From NCBI GenBank assembly GCA_963845755.1, contig CAWJTV010000001.1:64001-128000 (forward strand): a stretch of 64,000 nucleotides of DNA, given 5' to 3'. This document shows, piece after piece, positions 10,079-21,106 of the stretch (positions within the stretch are counted from its first letter, which is position 1; the number at the start of each line of letters is the position of its first letter). Under the pieces are notes generated by a model. The model was not told the DNA's origin. It did no database searches and saw nothing but the letters and a program-made list of their open reading frames with translations. Source of the DNA: an uncultured Planctomycetota bacterium (lineage in GTDB: Bacteria; Planctomycetota; Planctomycetia; Isosphaerales; Isosphaeraceae). Both the position numbers and the translations under genes were made by a program.

Positions 10079-10693
10079 TCACGTCGCCGGCCAGGTCCGA
10101 TCCAACGAAGATTCGGTGATGAATTCGTCGTCCAGGCAGCGGAGATACTCTTCGAGGACCGTTGTCGCTTCGTACTGGATGTGCAGTCCGGCGGCCTCAT
10201 CGGTCAGGTCGGTCTGCGGCTCATCGAACCTGAACACGTACTCGATGCGGGTCGAGCCGTCGCCGATGATGCGAGGCCGACCCTCGCGTACGATCATGCC
10301 CCGACAGTCTGCCTTCCAATCGGCATGCTTGAGCATCAGAACCCGCTCACCCACTCTTAGCTTCGGCGCGAGGCCAGTGATCGGCTTGAGCCCGGCGAGC
10401 CACTCGGCATGCTCGACTCGACGGACCCACTCCTCAAAACTCCCGAATACCATCGTCATTGGCAGCGGCGGCTCCATCGGCATGCGCCTCCACGGGAGGA
10501 CGACCTCCGCGACTTGGGCTGAGCCGTCCCCGAAGGCGAAGAGCACGAAGATGTTGTCCCAACGGCGGCCGATGGCACGGAGAGGGTGGCCGAAGAGGGG
10601 ATGTCCCGGGGCGAGCTCTGTACGAAGCTCATCCTGGAATGCTGCAGCCTCGGAGTGATGATCGATCGGCACCCACCGCTCGGGCCAGAGCAT
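10079..10693 (-). CDS. two-domain hypothetical protein (cassette gene)
   Basis: ATG at 10693 with GGGAG upstream; domain 1 ELRTELAPGHPLFG...RRWDNIFVLF; domain 2 is SH3-like, LRVGERVLML...YVFRFDEPQTD. Confidence 0.75.
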   Translation of the reverse strand: MLWPERWVPIDHHSEAAAFQDELRTELAPGHPLFGHPLRAIGRRWDNIFVLFAFGDGSAQVAEVVLPWRRMPMEPPLPMTMVFGSFEEWVRRVEHAEWLAGLKPITGLAPKLRVGERVLMLKHADWKADCRGMIVREGRPRIIGDGSTRIEYVFRFDEPQTDLTDEAAGLHIQYEATTVLEEYLRCLDDEFITESSLDRTWPAT

Positions 10694-10708
10694 CGATACG
10701 CTACTCCC

Positions 10709-10802
10709 GCCTGACCAGTGATCATGCGACCGCGAGACCGCATCGTGCGCCGTCCCGTATAGGCTGCGGCTCGTAGCGAGGTCGCATCGCGAGCCTATCG
10801 GC
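10709..10802 (-). other. degenerate attC-like hairpin
   Basis: ATGCGACC (10724-10731) pairs with GGTCGCAT (10780-10787); ends in minus-strand GTCAGGC followed by GGGAG and an ATG, the same arrangement as at 9031. Confidence 0.45.
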
Positions 10803-11956
10803 CCACTGATGCGATTGCAAGAAGCCGCCGGCGGAAGAACTCGGTTTCCGCCGGCGCGAACGACGACGCTTCCACGCCGCCTCACGACCCTGTTCGGCGA
10901 ACCGGAACGCCCGACAGTGCCGTCCGAATAACCGGAACGTGACGGCCACGCTCTGTGGTCGCCGCGACGCCGGGGTAGACGTTAGGTGATGGCCAGCAGC
11001 CGCTCGTACTTAATTATGCGGCCCAATTCCCGAACGACACCAGGCCGCCAGGCCCATCCGCCGCCAGGCCACGATACCCCGAGCTCGAGCACTGGCCCAA
11101 ACCGCCCGACTCGCTCGAAGTGAGGGACGGGTGCCATGGGTCAACTCGAGCAGCTTCCAGTGCCGGCCTGGACATGGGTCTTTACGGACACCTCACCCGG
11201 CGCAGTCACGCCGTGAAGGCCCAGGAACGTAGCGACCCGGACGAGGTCGCCCAAACCTGGCGCGCCGTGCTCGTCGAATGCTCCAGCGACCACGAGGACC
11301 GCGCCGCGGTCGAGCGGTTTCCGCCTGTCGTCAATAAGCAATACCCAACCCGCGCCTGAGAAAACACCTGCGCGAAATCCCGAAAGCCGCTGACACCGCC
11401 AGTCCCGAGCCATCAAAGCCTGGTTCAAACCTGGGTAAACGTGGCGGAACAAAGCCCGCGGGTCTCTCGCCGTAAAATCTTGCTCAGAAACGACTTGTAG
11501 CGCGTAAATCCGGCCGCACTTCGCAAAAAGTGTTACCCTGGATCTGAGCGATCTGAATCAGGCCGCAATCAACAGGGCAAAAAACTTCGTGAAATTTTTA
11601 TCTCTCATTGACTTCAAAAGTTGCGCCGAGAGAATGGACAAATCTCACTATAGGTGCATTATCGAAATTCAAAAGTCCGGGCATCCTAATTAAGTAGAGG
11701 CCAGCGGTCCATGGTCAGGGAATGCTGGGATCAGAGCCTGCGCAGTCATAATCGAGTCCACTCAGGCATGACCATGCAACCAAACATGTTATCATGGATT
11801 TACTTTCCAGCAATCCATGATTGCTATCCTCAACATTCAACGAGCCTCACCACACGAGACGATGCCCATACCCAGGAGAATGACAGCGTTAAGCATGCAT
11901 GATCTCGAGGGTCCATCCTTTTTTCAAATCGCGCAAGAAACGATGAGACCAGGATC

Positions 11957-12082
11957 CGAATTCCGCAAATCGAACCCAACCGGCCGCGAGACGCGGCCCG
12001 AAATCCGCAAATCGAACCCAACTGACCGCGCACCGTGGCCTGAAATCCGCAAAACGAACCCAACTGATCGCGCACACCGCCC
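11957..12082. repeat. three tandem 42-bp repeats with core GAAATCCGCAAAWCGAACCCAAC
   Basis: Units start at 11957, 11999 and 12041; partial copies near 12112 and 12150. Confidence 0.85.
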
Positions 12083-12500
12083 GACTGACCGTCGAATCTT
12101 TGCCAATCGGCAATAAACGCCCAACCGACTAAAAACCCTTGATTACTTCAATCCGCAAACTCGTCTCGAGCGGGAGAACTTGCGCGACGGAGTTTTCCGG
12201 GACGACATGGCCCGCTCCGCGTCACCAGATTGCCGAGGATCACGCTGTCGCAAAGTGGATGAATTCTCGATTGCATGGATATCATCGAGGGCGACCCGTG
12301 GGTGGAAACTCACTCCAACCCGCGCGGCGAGGAGAACGACGCGACCCGACCGATGTACCTGCCCGGAGGATCGGGGGCAACGCACCGAAGTCGCCCCAGC
12401 CGCCATCTCATGAGGCGCATGAGGCGAGAGTGGCCTTGGCTCCATGCTGCGTCAGGGAATTCCTGTCGGTCGCCTTATTCTTCCGGAGACCCGCGAAACG

Positions 12501-12525
12501 AAAAACCCCGGGGAAGTCCCCGGGG
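12501..12525 (-). terminator. intrinsic terminator
   Basis: Minus strand CCCCGGGG-actt-CCCCGGGG-TTTTT, about 105 bp downstream of the 12632-12973 gene. Confidence 0.7.
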
Positions 12526-12631
12526 AAATCGAGCGCGGCCAATCAGTTGACTCGGGTCTCAGGGTTGCCGTCCCGCTCCTCGGATGCCATCCATCGCCGA
12601 TCGCGACCCGAAGCGATTTGTCCCGAGTCCC

Positions 12632-12973
12632 TTATGGCTTCTTCTTCACCTTCACCGGTACGGCAGGGGCCGGCTCTTCTTCCTCGACAGCCTCAGTCGC
12701 CTCACCCGGGCCGCCCTTCCCGCTCCGAGCCGTTGGCAGGGCCAGATACATCTGGTGTTCCCATTGTCCCGACCAGAACTGGCCCGTCCAGCGCTGCAAC
12801 GAAATCGCGCGGACTGTGGGGCGATCCTCGTCACGGATCACCTCACCCCAGGCCCCGGTGTACGCGGCGCGGACCTGGGAAGAACTTTCGCCTACGCAAA
12901 GCAACCGCTCGCCGCTGGGTGCCAGGCATGCTACGGCCCGCCAATCCTGAGCACCACCCGTTCCATTACTCAT
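12632..12973 (-). CDS. small hypothetical protein
   Basis: 113-aa ORF with a compact globular-looking core (WRAVACL...LLCVGESSSQVRAAY...ISLQRW), a low-complexity tail and a downstream terminator. Confidence 0.65.
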   Translation of the reverse strand: MSNGTGGAQDWRAVACLAPSGERLLCVGESSSQVRAAYTGAWGEVIRDEDRPTVRAISLQRWTGQFWSGQWEHQMYLALPTARSGKGGPGEATEAVEEEEPAPAVPVKVKKKP

Positions 12974-13409
12974 CGTTGGTTTATCCCCGGTATGTTTCCA
13001 TCAGACTCACACAGTATTCGACCGTCGCGAGAATCAGGCCAACGCGAAACGCAGCCTGCCCTCGGTGGAAAACACTCCCTGGACCCAACACTCACGGAAT
13101 CATGCGCGCAGATTTCAGCCCGACCTGGAAACGGTGTGGATTCGTCGCAACTACCAGAAGCGCACGATGTTACGAGAGGGAGGGGAGTGTAACAAGGAAG
13201 GATGGAACCCCTCATCCACTGGTGAGGACTCGACCAATCCGTTTTCCGAATCGTCACAATAATAGAATTGTAACGGGCTCGTTGCCGGACGGCGAATGAA
13301 ATCTAGAAAAAAGCCAGTTTCTGTGGTTTTTCCCGATCCTCATGGACGGAGTATGCTGCCGACATGCAACCAATTCGTTGGCACCACATCGCAGGTGCTA
13401 CCCAGGGAA

Positions 13410-14417
13410 TCAATGATCAGCCCCATGACTGAGCTGGAGCAAGATCTTACCCTGCCGGGCGACGGCCTCCGCCTGCACAACCGCTTTACCGATCTGGTTC
13501 ATCGGATAGGTGCCGCCGATCTCGGAGTTGAGAACTCCCTGGCGGATCAGAGCGGCGATCTCCCGAAAGAGGCGAAGTGACGAAGGAATGGAACGTGTCC
13601 GCATCCAGTGCCCAAGCCAGAATCCTTCGACGATCCGCCGGCCCGCGATCATCAGGCGGGGGTCGATTTGGACTGGCTCTCCCGAGAGTGTCCCGTAGAG
13701 TAATAGCCGGCCGTCCGCGGCGAGCGAGCGGAAGACGGCCGTCCCGGTATCACCACCCACGGGGTCAATCGCATGTCGCACGCCATCGCCGCCAACAATC
13801 CGGCGCACCTGTTCGTCGATCGGCCCGTCCTCGCTGGAGATCACGGCGTCGCCACCCAGTGCTTTCAACTCGTCGATCGCCGCGCGGCGGCGGACTACGT
13901 TGAGAGTCCTGAAGCCGTCGTGACGACCCAATTTGATCATCATCCGTCCGAGTGTCGAGCCGGCCGCCGATTGGAGCAGCCACTCCCCGCGCCGAACTTT
14001 CAGGACATGACGGACCATCGCCAGGACGGTCGCCGGGTTCACGAAAAAGGTCGCCGCCTGGTCGTCGGGGATGTCCGCGGGGATCGGCCGAGCCTGCCGC
14101 GCCGGGATCACCGCATACTCCGCCCAGTTCCCCCCCTGGCCGTTGATCGCGGTGACTCGCTTCCCCCGGACCAGCCGCCCGAGCAAACCCGGCCCGACTT
14201 CGTCCACCACGCCGACCCCTTCGAAGCCCGGTATCGATGGCAGAGTCGGAAGGACCCCGTATCGTCCCTGGACCACGAGCAAGTCGGACGGATTGACCGG
14301 GCTGGCGATCATCCGGACGCGGACCTCGCCGGGCCCGGGATGGGGTTCGGGTACGTCGCGGATCCGCAGGACGTCAGCGGGCGTGCCAAATGATTCGAAG
14401 ACTGCGGCTTTCATCAT
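13410..14417 (-). CDS. MDR-family NAD(P)H oxidoreductase (enoyl-reductase/quinone-reductase type)
   Basis: SPVNPSD, PGFEGVG, VNPAT and LLQSAAGSTLG motifs; no zinc-binding cysteines. Confidence 0.9.
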   Translation of the reverse strand: MMKAAVFESFGTPADVLRIRDVPEPHPGPGEVRVRMIASPVNPSDLLVVQGRYGVLPTLPSIPGFEGVGVVDEVGPGLLGRLVRGKRVTAINGQGGNWAEYAVIPARQARPIPADIPDDQAATFFVNPATVLAMVRHVLKVRRGEWLLQSAAGSTLGRMMIKLGRHDGFRTLNVVRRRAAIDELKALGGDAVISSEDGPIDEQVRRIVGGDGVRHAIDPVGGDTGTAVFRSLAADGRLLLYGTLSGEPVQIDPRLMIAGRRIVEGFWLGHWMRTRSIPSSLRLFREIAALIRQGVLNSEIGGTYPMNQIGKAVVQAEAVARQGKILLQLSHGADH

Positions 14418-14628
14418 CGGTAAGCAGTAGGCAGTAGGCAGTAGGCCGTAAGAGATGGTACGTAGTAATCCATAGGAGCATGAGACGTCAATGGGGCAGG
14501 CGTTCCAAGAAATTGGCGTCTCCTCATCGTCCCCAGCGACTTGGTGGAAGGGATTTGAACGGTTGCCGATCTCATGACTGCCTCCGACCTACTGCCCACT
14601 ACCCACTGCCCACTACCTACTGAAACGA

Positions 14629-15495
14629 ATGGCCCACGAACAACTCGTCACGACTGACTGGCTGGCGGACCATCTGGGCGATCCGGACGTCCGGATCGCC
14701 GACATCCGGGGTTACGTGGTCGCGCGGCCGATCGAGCCGGGCGTCGAGGAGGCCGACTACCGGGGCGCCCACAGCGAGTACCTCGCCGAGCACATTCCCG
14801 GAGCGGTGTACCTCGATTGGACGCGTGACATCATCGACCCCGACGATCCGGTGCCGGTCCAGATCGCCCCGCCGGAACGATTCGCCGAAGCGATGGCGGC
14901 TCGGGGGATCGGCGACACGACCCACGTGATCGCCGTCGACCATGCGGGCGGGCAGTTCGCGACGCGATTGTGGTGGGCCTTGAATTATTACGGCCATGGT
15001 CGGGTGAGCGTGCTGGACGGTGGTTGGAACCGTTGGCGGGACGAAGGAAGGCCGATCGAACTGGGCGAGGTCTCCGTACCCCGCGCCACCTTCACGCCGC
15101 GGCCGCATCCGGAGCTGAGGGTCACCGCCGAGCAACTGGTGACCAAGCTGGAAACCGCGGGACAAACCTGGCAGCTCATCGATGCTCGCGACCCCGGGCA
15201 ATACACGGGTGCGCGGCGTCGTGGTCTGCGAGGCGGCCACATTCCCGGCGCGATCAACGTTCCTCGCGAGCTTTTCTTTGCGCCCGGTGGAGGCTTCCTG
15301 CCTCTGGAGGAGATCGGGCGGCGCGTCGAACATCATGGTCTGCGGCCGGTGCCGACGGTGGCCTATTGCAACGGTGGCGTCGCGGCCACGGTCGTCCTGT
15401 TCCACCTCGTGAGGCTGGGTTACGCCACCGTGGCCAACTACGATGGCTCGTGGAACGAGTGGGGGAACCGCGCCGACCTGCCGGTGAAATCGTGA
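14629..15495 (+). CDS. sulfurtransferase (tandem rhodanese)
   Basis: HIPGA twice, LDGG, YCNGGVAA active-site loop and YDGSWNEW. Confidence 0.92.
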   Translation: MAHEQLVTTDWLADHLGDPDVRIADIRGYVVARPIEPGVEEADYRGAHSEYLAEHIPGAVYLDWTRDIIDPDDPVPVQIAPPERFAEAMAARGIGDTTHVIAVDHAGGQFATRLWWALNYYGHGRVSVLDGGWNRWRDEGRPIELGEVSVPRATFTPRPHPELRVTAEQLVTKLETAGQTWQLIDARDPGQYTGARRRGLRGGHIPGAINVPRELFFAPGGGFLPLEEIGRRVEHHGLRPVPTVAYCNGGVAATVVLFHLVRLGYATVANYDGSWNEWGNRADLPVKS

Positions 15496-15559
15496 GCCGG
15501 CTGGGTTCACCGAGCCTCGTCTCGATTCCTGCGAGAACCCGCCCTACGGGAGGACTTTC

Positions 15560-16295
15560 TTGATCCACGTCCAGGATTACCACAAAGCATATCGCGAGAC
15601 GATCGCCGTCGATGGCCTGAGCTTCGATGTGCCCGCGGGCGCGGTCCTCGGCCTGGTGGGACCCAACGGCGCCGGCAAGACAACCACGCTCCGGGCGCTG
15701 GCGGGCATCATCCGGCCGACCCGCGGCCGGCTGATCGTCGCCGGTCACGACGTGGTCAACGATCCGACGGCTGCGAAGCGCGAGCTGGCCTATGTCCCCG
15801 ACGATCCCAAGCTGTTCGACGCCTTGACGGTCCGCGAGCACCTCGAATTCATCGCCGCGACGTATCGTGTGGCCGATTCCTTACCCAAGGCCGAGGCGCT
15901 CTACAAGCAGTTCGAGCTGGTGGAGAAGCGCGACACGATGGCCCAGGAACTGTCCCGCGGGATGCGGCAGAAAGTGGCGATCTGCTGCGCCGTATCTTCA
16001 CGATCCCAAGGCGATCCTCTTCGATGAGCCTCTGACGGGCCTCGACCCGTACGCGATCCGCACCCTCAAAGCGTCGATCGCCCAGCGGGCCGCCGCGGGC
16101 GCCGCGGTCATCGTCAGCTCGCACCTGCTCTCGCTGGTCGAAGACCTGTGTACGCACCTCCTGATCCTTAACAAGGGCCGTTGCCTGTTCTCCGGGACCC
16201 TCGATGCGGCCCGGACGCATTACGCCGACTTGCAGGGCGATGTCTCGCTCGAAGAGGTCTTCTTTCGGGCGACGGAAGCCTCGCGCGCCGTGTGA
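15560..16295 (+). CDS. ABC transporter ATP-binding protein; frameshift near 15991
   Basis: GPNGAGKT, LSRGMRQK, then LFDEPLTGLD and SSH in the adjacent frame. Confidence 0.92.
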
Positions 16296-16360
16296 ATCCC
16301 CCGGAGATGAGTCGTGTACTCGGGAGCGAGCCACCACGTTTCCCAACTCGAGCGGACCCC

Positions 16361-18020
16361 ATGCATCCGGCCCTCTTCCTATTGATTCGACTCGGATACA
16401 AGGCAGCGGTCCGCCGTGCGCTTCGGGGCGCAGGCACGGTGCGCGGCGCGCTGTTCCTCCTGTTCACGTTCGGATTCATCGCGATGACGATCGTGCCGCA
16501 GATCGTCATCGCGATCACGTTGAACTCGCAACGTCAGGCTCTGCCATTCGCCGGCACGGCCGAGTCGTTCGCACCTCTCGGGCTCTTCGCGATCGCGCTC
16601 CTGTCGATCTTCAGCTCGGCCGGCGAGACGGCGCTTTACTTCACTCCGGCCGAGGTCGATCTGCTGTTCCCTGCGCCGTTCGCTCGGCGCGATCTGTTGA
16701 TCTACAAGCTCGGGAGGACGGCGATCGGCCTGGTCTTGATGCCACTGTTCTTCTCGGCCTGCATGCTGAATTTCTTCCGATCGTGGCCCTGCGCCTTCAT
16801 CGGCCTGATCCTGACCTTGGCGATGCTCCAGCTTTTCGCCATGGCGACGGCCCTGGTAAGCCAGATCGTCTCCGAATCAATCTACACGCGGGCGCGCAAG
16901 ATCGCCCTGGTGGTCGTGTTGATCGTGCTGTTCGTGGGATTTGGCCAGGTCGCCCGTCACGTCCAGGGCCAGGGGATCCGCGAGCTGGTGGCGGGATTGC
17001 GCGAGTCCTCGGCGCTGCGGGTGCTGACGGCGCCGTTCGCGGTCTTCACTCACGCGATCTTCGCCAAGGCGCGTATTCCCGGACCTGCTGGCCTGGGGCG
17101 CCGGGGCGCTGGCGATCGATCTGGGCTTGCTGGTCCTGATCCTCAAGCTGGATGGCAACTACCTCGAGCAGGCCGCCGCGATCAGCCAGAAGGTCTACGA
17201 ACGCGTCCGCCGCGCCCGAGTGGGCGGCGGCGTGGCGATGCCGGCCGGCGCCCGCGCCGGACGGTTTCGGCTGCCCCAGCCGCCCCGGCTCGCCGGCGCG
17301 GGGCCGCTCGCGTGGCGTCAGATGCTCCTGGCGATCCGGACATCCCGGCACTTCCTGATCATGATTCTCATCCTGGGTGCGTTCGTCCTTGCCGGTGGTT
17401 GGTTCGTTCCGGCCGGAACGATCGGCCCCGGAGCCGTCGTCGTGCCGATGATGGGCGTCGGCATGACGATGTACATGACCCTGGTCTTCACCCTCCAGCT
17501 CCCTTGGGCGTTCCGCGGCGACGTCGATCACATCGACTTCCTCAAGACACTCCCCATTCATCCCATGATCCTGACGGTCGGCGAGCTGGCGGGCGGGGTC
17601 CTGCTGCTCACCTTGGTTCATGTCTTACTGTTCGCGGTGTTCACGGCCGCGGCGCCGGCGGGTGCGCCGATCACCCTGGTCACCGCGGCCTTCCTCCCGC
17701 CGTTCAACGCGATGCTCCTCTCGCTGACCAACCTCATGTTCTTGATCTACCCGGTGCGCGCACCGGTCGCCGGAAGCTTCGACTTCCAGACCATGGGGAA
17801 ATGGATGTTCTTTTTCTTCCTTCAACTGCTGGCGATCTTCTTGCTTCTGGTCATCCCGACGGTCCTGGGCGGCGTCGCCTACCTGGTCTCGGGTTACTCC
17901 CTGGCGGCCTTCGGCGTCACGACGTGGCTTCTGCTGGCGGCCGAGCTGCCACCGCTGGTGATGCTCGTCGCCTGGGCCTTCCAGCGGTTCGATCCGAGTA
18001 CGGAAACGCCTGCGGCATAG
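16361..18020 (+). CDS. putative ABC exporter permease; frameshift near 17075
   Basis: About 12 hydrophobic segments across two frames; EVDLLFPAPF and DFLKTLPI motifs; follows the ABC ATPase. Confidence 0.85.
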
Positions 18021-18285
18021 TCTCCCACTTGGATGGAAGGATGAAGGCTGAAGGATGACCGATGGATGAAGACCGGTCCGGTCCTGACTCTTCCTTTAGC
18101 CTTCAACCGTCAGCCTTTCCGAAGGCCAACCCCTTGCTGCCAGAGTCGGGCGCGACGTAGTGTATTGGTTTTGATCGACTCTCATCGCTATCCGGTCGAG
18201 ACCCGCGAGGGAAACGCGTCGGCGACGATGGGGGAGAATCGGTGTTGTGAACGATCGAGACGAACGGAAACAGGAGATTCGCTCG

Positions 18286-18918
18286 ATGACAGAACAGAAG
18301 CCCAAGCAAACCGGCGGACATGGCGGTCACAGCCGGCGCGACTTCTTGCGGGGCTCGGGCGTGGCGGCAGCCACAACCGTGCTGACCGGCCAGGCGATCC
18401 TGGCGCTCGATGAGGCCCAGGCCGCTCAGGACGAGCCGAAGGTCCTCTCCGGCACCATCGAGATCGCGCTGAAAGTCAACGGACAGGATCGCTCGTGCTC
18501 GGTCGAACCGCGCAGCACGCTGCTCGACACGCTCCGCCACCGGCTGGACGTCACCGGCCCCAAGCGGGTCTGCGACCGGGGCAGTTGCGGTGCCTGTACG
18601 GCGATCGTCAACGGGGATCCGATCTATTCTTGCACGACGCTGGCCGTCTCGTGTCAGGGCAAGACGATCGAGACGCTGGAGAATTTCGATACCGGCGAGC
18701 GCGGCGTGCCCCACGCGTTCCACCAGAATGACGCGCTGATGTGCGGCTACTGCACGCCAGGCTTCGTCACGGCTTGCAAGGCGTTCCTAGACAAGCATCC
18801 GAACGCGACGGAAGACGAGATCCGCAAGGGGCTCGATGGCAACATCTGTCGCTGCGGCACCTATATCGGCGTCCTGGCGGCGGCACAAGCCGCGGCCAAA
18901 GCCATGAAAGGAGCCTGA
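18286..18918 (+). CDS. Tat-exported 2x[2Fe-2S] subunit of a xanthine dehydrogenase-family enzyme (PaoA/YagT-like)
   Basis: SRRDFL twin-arginine signal; CDRGSCGAC, CGYCTPG and CRC motifs; AGGAG RBS. Confidence 0.92.
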   Translation: MTEQKPKQTGGHGGHSRRDFLRGSGVAAATTVLTGQAILALDEAQAAQDEPKVLSGTIEIALKVNGQDRSCSVEPRSTLLDTLRHRLDVTGPKRVCDRGSCGACTAIVNGDPIYSCTTLAVSCQGKTIETLENFDTGERGVPHAFHQNDALMCGYCTPGFVTACKAFLDKHPNATEDEIRKGLDGNICRCGTYIGVLAAAQAAAKAMKGA

Positions 18919-18920
18919 CC

Positions 18921-21102
18921 ATGGCGGAATGGCCCAAAGCACCGACCCTGATCGGTACTCGGATCCCACGGCTCGATGGCCTGCACAAGGCATCGGGCAA
19001 AGCCAAGTATCCTTCCGACGTGCGGCCGGAGGGGACGCTCTTCGGCGTGATGCTCTACAGCCCGTATGCCCATGCCAAGGTCAAGTCGATCGACATCTCG
19101 GCCGCCGAGAAGATGCCCGGCGTCAAGGCCGCAATTGTGATCGCCGAGGCCGGCGCGCGCCTCCGCTATCATGGCGATGATATCGCCGCCCTCGCGGCCG
19201 AGACCGAGGAACAGGCCCACGACGCCATCCGCGCCGTCAAGGTCGAATACGAGATGCTGCCCCACGTGGCCAGCGAGGCGCTGGCCATGGCCGAAGGCGC
19301 CGCCCGAGGCCTTCGAGGGGGGCAATGTGCGCAAGGGGCAAGCCCTGTCCAGGGGAAAGCCCGATGAGGCCATGGCCAAGGCGGAGGTGGTGGTGGAGGG
19401 AACCTATTCGGTCCCACTGATCACTCACGTCTGCCTCGAGTCTCACGGGATGACCGTGATGTGGGAGGGCGAGAAGAAGATGGTCGCCTGGGCGAGCACC
19501 CAGAACGTCTACGGCATCGCGGGCGACCTGGCGGGTGCGATCAAGGAGCTCGGTCTCAGGTCGACGGACGTGACCGTCCATACGGACTACATGGGCGGCG
19601 GCTTCGGCTCGAAGTTCAATGCCGACGTCTGGGGCCTGACCGCGGCCCGGCTCTCGAAGAAGGCCGGAGGCCGGCCGGTCAAGATGTTCCTGGACCGCGT
19701 GCAGGAGCACCTGGCGGCGGGGAATCGTCCCAGCGCCACGGCCCACATCAAGCTGGGCGCCAACCGCGACGGAACAATCGTCGCCATGATTGCCGATGCG
19801 CATGGCACGGGAGGCTACAACGGCAGCGGGAGACTGACCCTGCCGTACGTCTACGGCAGCAGTCTCAACCCCAGGAAGCCCGTTCCCGAAACGCGGGTGA
19901 CTCAGGCCACCGTGTTCACCAATTTCGGGGGCCAGCGTGCCATGCGGGCCCCGGGCCATCCTCAGAGCTGCGCGCTGACCGAGGCGGCGATGGACGACCT
20001 GGCCGACAAGCTGGGCATGGACCCAATCGAGTTCCGGCTCAAGAACCTCGACCCCAACGACTTCCACACGCCCATCTATGAGGCCGAAATCGCGATGGGC
20101 GCCGAGTTGATCGGGTGGCGGCAGAAGTACAAGCCGCGCGGCCAGAATGGCAATGGGCCGATTCGCCACGGCCTGGGTGTGGCCCTGCACCAGTGGGGCG
20201 GTGGCGGCCGGGCAGGCAGTAAGGTCGCTTGCACGATCAACCCGGATGGCTCGGTCGAACTCAAGTCGGCCACCCAGGATCTCGGCACCGGGATCCGCAC
20301 GATCCTGGCGATCATCGCCGCCGAGATCCTCGGCCTCCAGCCGACCGATATCGTGAGCAACATCGGTAACTCCACGTTCCCGCCCGGCGCGGCCTCGGGC
20401 GGCTCCGTGACGAGCCCGTCGATGTCCCCGCCTTGCTACGATGCTGTCACCCGGGCGCGCGACGCGCTATTCCAGAAGATCGCGCCGGCGCTCAACAATG
20501 CCAAGCCCGAGGATCTTTCGCTCAAGCAGGGTCAGGTCTGGCTCGCCGGCGAGCCGGTGACGACCTGGAAAGACGCCTGCCGCAAGCTGGGCGTCTCGCC
20601 AGTCTCCGAAACCGGCTCGTTCGTCGATAAGCTTTCCAGTACCGGCGTCGGCGGCTGCCAGTTCGCCGAGGTCACGGTAGACGTCGAGACCGGCATGGTC
20701 AAGCTCAAGAAGATCGTCGCCATCCAGGACTCGGGCCTGATCCTGGACAAGCTGACCTGGGAAAGCCAGGTCTATGGCGGCGTGATCATGGGATTGAATT
20801 ACGGCCTGTTCGAGGAACGGGTCGTCGACCCAACGTCCGGCCGGATGCTGAACCCCGACATGGAGTGGTACAAGCTGGCCGGTGCCTCCGATATCCCCGA
20901 GATCATCGTCCGGGCGTACGAGCCCGACGAGATCAAGGCCCGCGGCGTCATCGGCGTCGGCGAGCCGCCGACGATCTCCACCGCCGCGGCGATCGGCAAC
21001 GCGGTGGCCAACGCTATCGGCGTGCGGGTGCCCGAGTGGCCGATGAGCCCCCGCAACATCCTGAATGCCCTGGCCACGGCCTCCAGAGAAGGGAGAGCGT
21101 GA
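18921..21102 (+). CDS. xanthine dehydrogenase-family molybdopterin-binding subunit; frameshift near 19300
   Basis: GGGFGSK, MRAPG, QDLGTG and GVGEPP motifs. Confidence 0.92.
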
Positions 21103-21106
21103 TCTC

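Noticed and set aside
11000..11460. Integron integrase or dif-like site next to the cassette array
   Set aside because: No tyrosine-recombinase motifs in any listed frame; GCCGCATAAT resembles only a XerC half-site, with no XerD arm
11957..12082. CRISPR array
   Set aside because: Only three units, the variable parts are about 18 bp and similar to each other, and no cas genes are present
12139..13299. 386-aa plus-strand ORF
   Set aside because: Arg/Pro/Ser-rich with no motifs, and it overlaps a better minus-strand gene and its terminator
14629..15495. Rhodanese as sulfur donor for the nearby molybdoenzyme
   Set aside because: Separated by an ABC exporter and a repeat-containing gap; proximity is the only evidence
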